A DNA stretch of 64,000 nucleotides, taken from positions 95,795 to 159,794 of the forward strand of contig CBEUCJ010000002.1 of NCBI GenBank assembly GCA_965541615.1, read 5' to 3'. This document shows, in pieces, positions 57,840 through 64,000 of the stretch. Both the position numbers and the translations under genes were made by a program. This stretch comes from an uncultured bacterium (GTDB taxonomy: Bacteria > Omnitrophota > Gorgyraeia > Duberdicusellales > CBEUCJ01). How positions within the stretch are numbered: the stretch's first letter is position 1; the number at the start of each line of letters is the position of its first letter. The notes under the pieces are model-generated. The model made no database searches. It was not told the origin of the DNA and saw only the letters and a program-made list of their open reading frames with translations.

Positions 57840-59102
57840 ATGCTTAAGATAGGTATATGCGGATTAGGTAATATTGGTGGAGAAGTCTTTAGATTACTGA
57901 CCAACAAAAATTTTCTTAAAGAGTTACCTTCCTCTATAAAAATAATCAAAGTATGTGATATAAATAAGACTATCAAAAAAAGATTAAAAATTCCTAATGA
58001 AATTTTTACTACAGATTTTAGAGAGTTAATTTTTTCAAAAGAAATAGATGTAATTGTAGAATTAATTGGTGGAAAAAATGTAGCTTTCAAGCTTATAAAA
58101 GAAGCTATAAAAAATAAAAAACATGTCGTTACAGCTAACAAATTTCTTTTAGCTTTTAAAGGAGAAGAGCTCTTTAAACAAGCTTCTAAGAATAAAGTAA
58201 ATATAGGTTTTGAAGCTTCAGTCTGTGGAGGAGTCCCTGTAATAAAAATTTTAAAGAGTTCTTTAAATTCAGACGAAATTCAAGAATTAAAAGGAATAAT
58301 TAATGGAACTACTAATTTTATTTTAAGTATGATGGAAGCTGAATCTGTAGAGTTTGAGGATGCCTTAAAAATTGCTCAAAAGAAAGGAATAGCAGAAAAA
58401 GACCCCTCTTTAGATATAACTGGCAAAGATTCTTTACACAAACTATGTATTCTTAACTTTTTATGCTTTGGAATCTGGATACATCCTAAAGACATTTACT
58501 GTGAAGGAATACAGAAAATATCTTTATTAGATATGATGTATGCTAAAGAATTAGGTTACTCTATTAAATTATTAGCTATTTCTCGTATAAAAAAGGGAAA
58601 TTTATTTACATATGTGGCACCCAGTTTAATTCCTTTAGACCACCCTTTAGCCAAAGTTTCTCAAGATTTTAATGCTTTATTTTTTAAGACCAAATTAAGA
58701 GGAGATTTGTTATTTTACGGTAAAGGAGCAGGCCCTTTACCTACTGCTGGTTCTGTGATTTCAGATATATTAGAGATTAAAGATTCTGAGAATATTTTTT
58801 TAAGAAAAAAGCAGAATAAAAAAATAAAGTTAGGAGATGTAGATTCTTTGCAGACAAGATTTTATATAAGATTTATAGCTGAAGATATTCCAGGAGTATT
58901 AGCAAAGATTTCATCTATTTTAGCTAAATATAAAATAAGTATAGCTTCTGTAACTCAAAAAGAAAGAAATCCTACAAAGTATGTACCAATTATAATGCTC
59001 ACACATTACGCAACTCCTAAAGCAGTGTTCAAAGCTTTAAAAGAAATAGATAAACTAAAAGTAATAAAACCCAGTTCTGTCTGTATTAGGATAGAAGATT
59101 GA
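57840..59102 (+). CDS. hom: Homoserine dehydrogenase with C-terminal ACT domain
   Basis: IGICGLGNIGGEV NAD fold. Catalytic region ANKFLLA... and FEASVCGGVPVI. ACT domain at the C-terminus. Confidence 0.9.
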   Translation: MLKIGICGLGNIGGEVFRLLTNKNFLKELPSSIKIIKVCDINKTIKKRLKIPNEIFTTDFRELIFSKEIDVIVELIGGKNVAFKLIKEAIKNKKHVVTANKFLLAFKGEELFKQASKNKVNIGFEASVCGGVPVIKILKSSLNSDEIQELKGIINGTTNFILSMMEAESVEFEDALKIAQKKGIAEKDPSLDITGKDSLHKLCILNFLCFGIWIHPKDIYCEGIQKISLLDMMYAKELGYSIKLLAISRIKKGNLFTYVAPSLIPLDHPLAKVSQDFNALFFKTKLRGDLLFYGKGAGPLPTAGSVISDILEIKDSENIFLRKKQNKKIKLGDVDSLQTRFYIRFIAEDIPGVLAKISSILAKYKISIASVTQKERNPTKYVPIIMLTHYATPKAVFKALKEIDKLKVIKPSSVCIRIED

Positions 59103-59707
59103 AAAAAAGAATCCTTCTTACCTTTGGTCCCTGCGCAACCAAAATAGATAAGGTAAGGTTTATTTTAAATTCTTCTACAGGAGAAACAGGAAAAGAAATC
59201 TTAAAAGAATTGTTGAAAAGAAAATTAGAAATAGATTGTATTGTGTTCAAGGGATTGTTAAAAAAGAAAACAAAAGTTAATCTATTTGAGTATTTTTTCT
59301 TTGAAGAATTTAAATCTGTTTTTTTAAAATTACTTAAAAATAAAAAATATGATATAATTATACATTTGAGTGCTTTGCCTGATTTTAAATTAGAAAAAGA
59401 ATTTAAAAAAAAGATCGATTCAAAAAAACCTTTGATTTTAAAATTAATACCTACTGAGAAGTTAATAGACAAAATCAGAAAGTTTCAAAAAAAAGCTATT
59501 ATCTGTGGTTTTAAACTCAGTTTCTCAAAAAATATTTTGAAAAAAGCTTTAGAGTTAAAGAAAAGAGCCAAATTAAACATAGTAGTAGCTAATACCTATA
59601 ATGAAAAGAATAATTATAAAGCTTTAATAATAACAGAGAATAAAATTTTAGGGCCTTTTAATAGCAAAAGAATCTTAGCTAAAGAATTGATAAAAACGAT
59701 ATTATGA
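59099..59707 (+). CDS. coaB: Stand-alone phosphopantothenate--cysteine ligase-like protein (CoaB domain)
   Basis: Collinear with the CoaB half of Dfp: RFILNSSTGETG is like RYISNHSSGKMG. IIIHLSALPDFK is like IFIGCAAVADYR. ICGFKLSF...LNIVVANTY is like VVGFAAET...LDLICANDV. Confidence 0.6.
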   Translation: MKKRILLTFGPCATKIDKVRFILNSSTGETGKEILKELLKRKLEIDCIVFKGLLKKKTKVNLFEYFFFEEFKSVFLKLLKNKKYDIIIHLSALPDFKLEKEFKKKIDSKKPLILKLIPTEKLIDKIRKFQKKAIICGFKLSFSKNILKKALELKKRAKLNIVVANTYNEKNNYKALIITENKILGPFNSKRILAKELIKTIL

Positions 59708-60918
59708 AGTATATATTATTAGTTCCTGATGGAATGTTAGATACTCCATTAGAGATTTTAAATAATAAGACTCCTTTAGAGGTAGCTTCGACTCCTAACT
59801 TAGATAAGATTGCTTTTAAAGGAAGTGTAGGAAGGACTCAAACTATTCCTAAAGGTTTTCCTGCTTCTTCAGATGTAGCTAATATGAACATTTTAGGGTT
59901 AAATCCTTCTATTTATTATACAGGCAGAGGTCCTTTAGAAGCAGCTAACTTAGGAATAGATTTAGAACCAGATGATGTAGCTTTTAGAATGAATTTTGTG
60001 ACGATAGCTGATGGCATAATGCAAGATTATTCTGCAGGTCACATTAGAGATAATGAGACTCAGGTTTTAATAGAGCTTTTAAATGAAAAATTGGGCTCAG
60101 AGAATTTAAAGTTTTACAAAGGAAAGAGTTACAGAAACTTATGTATCTTTAAAAAAGGTAAATTGCTAAATTTACATAAGTTAAAGACTTTTGCTCCACA
60201 TGATATTTTAGGAAAAAAAATTAAAGAATTCTTACCTAAAGGAGAAAACTCACAAATCGTTTTAGAATTGATGCAGAACTCTGTAAAACTTTTAGAGGAC
60301 CATGAAATAAATAAGGTAAGGATAGATTTGGGAGAAAATCCTGCAAATATGATATGGTTATGGGGACAAGGTTTAAAACCTTCTTTGCCTTCTTTTGAAG
60401 AAAAATTTGGAATAAAAGGTGGCTTAATCAGTGCAGTAGATTTATTAAAAGGAATAGGTAAACTCATAGGTCTTAAAATAATTCAAGTCCCAGGAGTTAC
60501 TGGGTTTTATGATACAAATTTTGAAGGAAAAGCTGATTATGCTTTAAAAGCTTTAGAAGAGTTGGATTTTGTTTTTATACACTTAGAAGCTATAGATGAA
60601 GCTTCTCACAATCAAGATCTGCGTATGAAGATTCTTTGTATTGAAAAATTCGATAAACTTATCTTAGGAAAAATATTAAAAACTCTTGAAGAAAAAAGAG
60701 AAGATTTCAGACTTCTTGTATGTCCTGATCATTTTACTCCTCTGAATTTAAGGACACATACTGATTGGCCTGTAGGTTTTGTTATATATGGAAAAGGTAT
60801 CCCTCAGGATTTCATAAAAGAATTTAATGAAAAGACTATGAAAGAAAGCCCTCTGTTCGTAAAAGAAGCAAATATGTTAATGGATTTTCTGATAAAAGGA
60901 AAGTTACCTCAAAAATGA
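59704..60918 (+). CDS. apgM: 2,3-bisphosphoglycerate-independent phosphoglycerate mutase, archaeal-type (ApgM family)
   Basis: LLVPDGMLD...PNLD...G.....P.G.PASSDVANMNILG N-terminal metalloenzyme signature and C-terminal HLEAIDEASH. Family assignment is firm, physiological substrate less so. Confidence 0.8.
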   Translation: MKYILLVPDGMLDTPLEILNNKTPLEVASTPNLDKIAFKGSVGRTQTIPKGFPASSDVANMNILGLNPSIYYTGRGPLEAANLGIDLEPDDVAFRMNFVTIADGIMQDYSAGHIRDNETQVLIELLNEKLGSENLKFYKGKSYRNLCIFKKGKLLNLHKLKTFAPHDILGKKIKEFLPKGENSQIVLELMQNSVKLLEDHEINKVRIDLGENPANMIWLWGQGLKPSLPSFEEKFGIKGGLISAVDLLKGIGKLIGLKIIQVPGVTGFYDTNFEGKADYALKALEELDFVFIHLEAIDEASHNQDLRMKILCIEKFDKLILGKILKTLEEKREDFRLLVCPDHFTPLNLRTHTDWPVGFVIYGKGIPQDFIKEFNEKTMKESPLFVKEANMLMDFLIKGKLPQK

Positions 60919-62153
60919 AAAATTTAAGAGTATTAAAGTTTGGAGGAAGTTCAGTAGCTGATGTTGAAAAAATAAAGCATGTAGCCAAAATTATAGCTAA
61001 TTATAAAAAGAAAGGCTTTAAAGTAGTAGTGGTGGTATCGGCTATGGGAAATACAACTGATAATTTAATAGAATTAGCAAATAAAGTGAACCCTCATCCT
61101 GAGAAAAGAGAATTAGATATGTTATTAGCTACAGGTGAGCAAGTTTCAAGCGCACTTTTAGCTATGGCACTTCAAAATTTAGGATTAAAAGCTATAGCTT
61201 TTTCTGGTTATCAAGTAAAGATAATTACTGATAAGATTCATACAAAAGCTAGAATTATAACGATCGACACTAAAAGATTAAGAAAAGAATTGAATGAAGA
61301 TAAAATAGTAGTTGTAGCAGGTTTTCAAGGGATAAGTGCATACACCCAAGATATTACTACTTTAGGAAGGGGAGGTTCAGATTTAACAGCTGTAGCTTTA
61401 GCTTATGCTTTAAATGCAGATTTATGTGAAATTTATACAGATGTAGAAGGAATTTTTACAGCTGATCCTAAGATTGTAAAATCTGCTAGAAAATTAGATT
61501 TTGTAAGTTATGATGAGATGTTAGAGTTAGCTTCTACTGGAGCTCAAGTAATGCAGACTAGAAGTATAGAAGTAGCTAAAAAATTCAATGTAAAAATAGA
61601 AGTAAAAAGCACATTTTCAAAAAAAGGAGGAACCATGATAGGTAGGATTTCAAAAGAAATAGAAGCACCTCTAATCTCAGGAATATCTTTAAATACTAAA
61701 GAAGCTAAAATCACTATCTGTGGAGTTCCTGATAGACCAGGTATAGCTGCCAAAATCTTTAATGAGATTGCTAAAGAGAATATAAATGTAGATATGATAG
61801 TACAGAATGTCTCTCATAAAGGTTTAACTGATATTTCTTTTACTGTTTCTAAAGAAGATTTAGATAAAGCTTTTCAGATTGCTCAAAATGTAGCAAAAAA
61901 GATTAAAGCTCAAAATGTGTTAAAAGATGAAAATATAGCAAGAGTAAGTGTAGTAGGCATTGGTATGAAGACTCAGGCAGGTGTGGCAGGTAAGGTATTT
62001 AAGACTTTAGCAGAAAATAAGATAAATATTGAGATGATATCTACTTCTGAAATTAGTATATCTTGTATAATTAAAAAGCAAGATGCAAAAAAAGCAGTAT
62101 CAGCTTTACATAAAAGGTTCAAGTTAGATAAAATAAAAGTACAGAAAAAATGA
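60915..62153 (+). CDS. lysC: Aspartate kinase with tandem ACT domains
   Basis: VLKFGGSSVAD amino-acid-kinase N-terminus. GGSDLTAVALA. Two C-terminal ACT repeats. Confidence 0.9.
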   Translation: MKNLRVLKFGGSSVADVEKIKHVAKIIANYKKKGFKVVVVVSAMGNTTDNLIELANKVNPHPEKRELDMLLATGEQVSSALLAMALQNLGLKAIAFSGYQVKIITDKIHTKARIITIDTKRLRKELNEDKIVVVAGFQGISAYTQDITTLGRGGSDLTAVALAYALNADLCEIYTDVEGIFTADPKIVKSARKLDFVSYDEMLELASTGAQVMQTRSIEVAKKFNVKIEVKSTFSKKGGTMIGRISKEIEAPLISGISLNTKEAKITICGVPDRPGIAAKIFNEIAKENINVDMIVQNVSHKGLTDISFTVSKEDLDKAFQIAQNVAKKIKAQNVLKDENIARVSVVGIGMKTQAGVAGKVFKTLAENKINIEMISTSEISISCIIKKQDAKKAVSALHKRFKLDKIKVQKK

Positions 62154-63721
62154 AGGTTCAAATTTATGATACTACTTTAAGAGATGGCGCTCAAACTGAA
62201 GGAGTAAGTTATTCTTTAGAGGATAAGATAAAAATAGCTAAAAAATTAGATAGTTTTGGAATACATTTTATAGAAGGTGGATGGCCAACATCTAATCCTA
62301 AGGATTTTGAATTTTTTGAGTATTTTAAAAAGAACCCTTTAAAGAATGCAAAACTTGTGAGTTTTGGTTCAACAAGAAGGGCTAATGTAAGTGTAAGTGA
62401 AGATGAAAATTTAAGAGGATTGATTTCAGCAGGAACAGATTTTGTTACTATCTTTGGAAAAAGTTGGACTCTCCATGTAAAAGAAGTTTTAAAAACCTCT
62501 TTAGAAGAAAATTTAAAGATGATATATGAATCTGTTAGATTTTTAAAAAAGAAGAATAAAACAGTAATCTATGATGCTGAACATTTCTTTGATGGGTTTA
62601 AATCTGATTCAAATTATGCTTTAAAAACATTAGAATCTGCTTTAGAAGGAGGAGCTCACATTATAGTCTTATGTGATACAAATGGAGGAACTCTACCCAA
62701 TGAAATTGAAGATATAGTAAAAAAAGTAAGAAAAAAATTTCCAGATGTTACCTTAGGGATTCATGCTCATAATGATTCAGGGTTAGCAGTAGCAAATTCT
62801 ATAACAGCATTCTTAGCAGGCTGTGAGCACATTCAAGGAACTATTAATGGTTTAGGTGAAAGATGCGGAAATGCAGATTTATGTCAAATAATCCCTATTC
62901 TCAAGTTAAAATTAAATATCAATTTTATCCCTCTGAATAAATTAAAAAAATTAAAGGAACTTTCACATTTTGTAGCAGAAATCAGCAATTTAAAACCTGA
63001 CCCTCATCAACCTTTTGTAGGAGAATCTGCTTTTTCTCACAAAGGAGGAGTCCATATCAATGCTGTCTTAAAAATCCCTCAAAGTTATGAGCATATAAAT
63101 CCAGAGTTGGTAGGTAATCAAAGAAAGATTCTAATATCTGAAATCTCAGGAAAGACGAGTATCTTAAGTAAGATGAAAAAAATCAAAAAAGATTTAGAAA
63201 AGACTTCACCTGAAGTAAAAAAACTCCATAAAATAGTTCAAGAATTAGAAATGCAAGGTTATTCTTTTGAAGCAGCAGATGCCTCTTTTAAACTCCTTAC
63301 TTTAAAAGTCTTAGGGAAATATAAAAAGTTCTTTGAGATAATAAGTTTTAGAGTAATAGATGAGAATAGGAGAGGAGAATTAATTACAGAAGCCACAGTA
63401 AAAGTAGAAGTTAATGAAAAGAGGAAGTTAACTGTCTCAGAAGGAGTAGGTCCTGTCAATGCTTTAGATTCAGCTTTGAGGAAAGCTTTAGAAGCTGAGT
63501 TTCCTGTTTTGAAGAATATGCATTTGATAGATTTTAAAGTAAGAGTTTTAGATGAATCTGAAGGTACAGCTGCTAAAGTAAGGGTATTAACTACTTTTCA
63601 AGATGAAACCGAAACCTGGACTACAATCGGTGTCTCTGATAATATCATTCATGCTTCTTTTCAAGCTTTAATAGATGGTATAGAATACAAGTTGTTCAAA
63701 GAGTTTAAGATCTTAAGATAA
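62150..63721 (+). CDS. cimA: (R)-citramalate synthase / 2-isopropylmalate synthase family (LeuA-dimer domain present)
   Basis: IYDTTLRDGAQTEGVSYS, HAHND, and the C-terminal LeuA allosteric domain. 523 aa, closer to CimA length. Confidence 0.8.
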   Translation: MKVQIYDTTLRDGAQTEGVSYSLEDKIKIAKKLDSFGIHFIEGGWPTSNPKDFEFFEYFKKNPLKNAKLVSFGSTRRANVSVSEDENLRGLISAGTDFVTIFGKSWTLHVKEVLKTSLEENLKMIYESVRFLKKKNKTVIYDAEHFFDGFKSDSNYALKTLESALEGGAHIIVLCDTNGGTLPNEIEDIVKKVRKKFPDVTLGIHAHNDSGLAVANSITAFLAGCEHIQGTINGLGERCGNADLCQIIPILKLKLNINFIPLNKLKKLKELSHFVAEISNLKPDPHQPFVGESAFSHKGGVHINAVLKIPQSYEHINPELVGNQRKILISEISGKTSILSKMKKIKKDLEKTSPEVKKLHKIVQELEMQGYSFEAADASFKLLTLKVLGKYKKFFEIISFRVIDENRRGELITEATVKVEVNEKRKLTVSEGVGPVNALDSALRKALEAEFPVLKNMHLIDFKVRVLDESEGTAAKVRVLTTFQDETETWTTIGVSDNIIHASFQALIDGIEYKLFKEFKILR

Positions 63722-64000
63722 CATAGAGTTTATAATTTTAAGAATATCTTTTGTAAATATAATCTCCTTTAAATTTATTTTTTCATCTTTAGTATGAGCA
63801 GAAATTAATTCTCCTGGACCCCATACACATACTTTCCAATTAGCTTTTTTTAAATTACATGCATCTGTCCAGGATCTCATTTGGGTATATTTAGGTCTTA
63901 CTTTTTTCTTATAAAAAGCCTTTTTTAGAAATTGGATTATTTCTTCATCACATAAGAAAGGTTGAGTTTGTTCTCTTATTTTTATCTCTCCAAAATTTTT
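63713..64000 (-). CDS. Hypothetical protein, C-terminal 95 aa (gene continues beyond window)
   Basis: Hand translation of the minus strand gives an open frame ...WKVCVWGPGELISAHTKDEKINLKEIIFTKDILKIINSMLS* with its stop at 63713-63715. It is convergent with cimA and overlaps it by 9 nt. No family recognised. Confidence 0.3.
   Translation of the reverse strand, partial: KNFGEIKIREQTQPFLCDEEIIQFLKKAFYKKKVRPKYTQMRSWTDACNLKKANWKVCVWGPGELISAHTKDEKINLKEIIFTKDILKIINSMLS

Noticed and set aside
1-64000. CRISPR arrays, rRNA genes, insertion sequences or transposases
   Set aside because: No regularly spaced direct repeats, no rRNA-like conserved stretches, and no ORF with transposase or integrase motifs were seen on either strand.

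Overview
This 64 kb window comes from a very compact, low-GC (about 30%) bacterial chromosome. The organism is probably diderm: LPS-type genes (gmhB, GT2) and surA-pdxA-ksgA synteny are present. Nearly every gene is on the + strand, and many genes overlap by 4 to 30 nt, which suggests translational coupling. Almost all content is core housekeeping.

Gene order, start to end:
- Glycolipid/LPS glycosyltransferases, gmhB and a UgtP-like GT.
- priA-fmt, then two tRNAs, then a COG1579 zinc-ribbon protein with an RNase H-like protein.
- yebC-ruvC-ruvA-scpB.
- An aromatic amino-acid block: pheA, hisC, DAHP synthase, tyrA.
- cmk, lepA, lepB, pgsA, plsY, then recA-htrA-recX-alaS.
- A his operon (hisDBHAFI) followed by a TrpE/PabB-family gene.
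- rpsP-yajC-secDF, a short mfd, then surA-like-pdxA-ksgA and gatCAB.
- ctpA, tsaD, mgtC, then a bactofilin-HTH fusion plus a tail-anchored HTH protein, a tRNA, hup (on the - strand), a class-A beta-lactamase-like gene and a trmJ-like gene.
- A convergent radical-SAM pair, then tilS-ftsH-folP-cdaA-(cdaR stub)-pdxJ-acpS-nnrD.
- A secreted TIM-barrel-like protein, cstA, a four-tRNA cluster with gpsA, a lone PilZ protein, hom-coaB-apgM-lysC-cimA, and a partial gene on the - strand.

Eight tRNAs are called by hand. I found no CRISPR array, no rRNA and no convincing mobile element.

The most unusual things I can support from the sequence:
1. A PriA homolog that lacks the Walker A and DEEH motifs.
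2. An Mfd about half normal length.
3. An mgtC / bactofilin-HTH / membrane-anchored-HTH trio next to a tRNA.
4. A 36-aa CdaR remnant translationally sandwiched between cdaA and pdxJ.
5. A FolP with an uncharacterised ~135-aa N-terminal extension.
6. An ApgM-family phosphoglycerate-mutase homolog sitting where thrB would be in a hom...lysC cluster.
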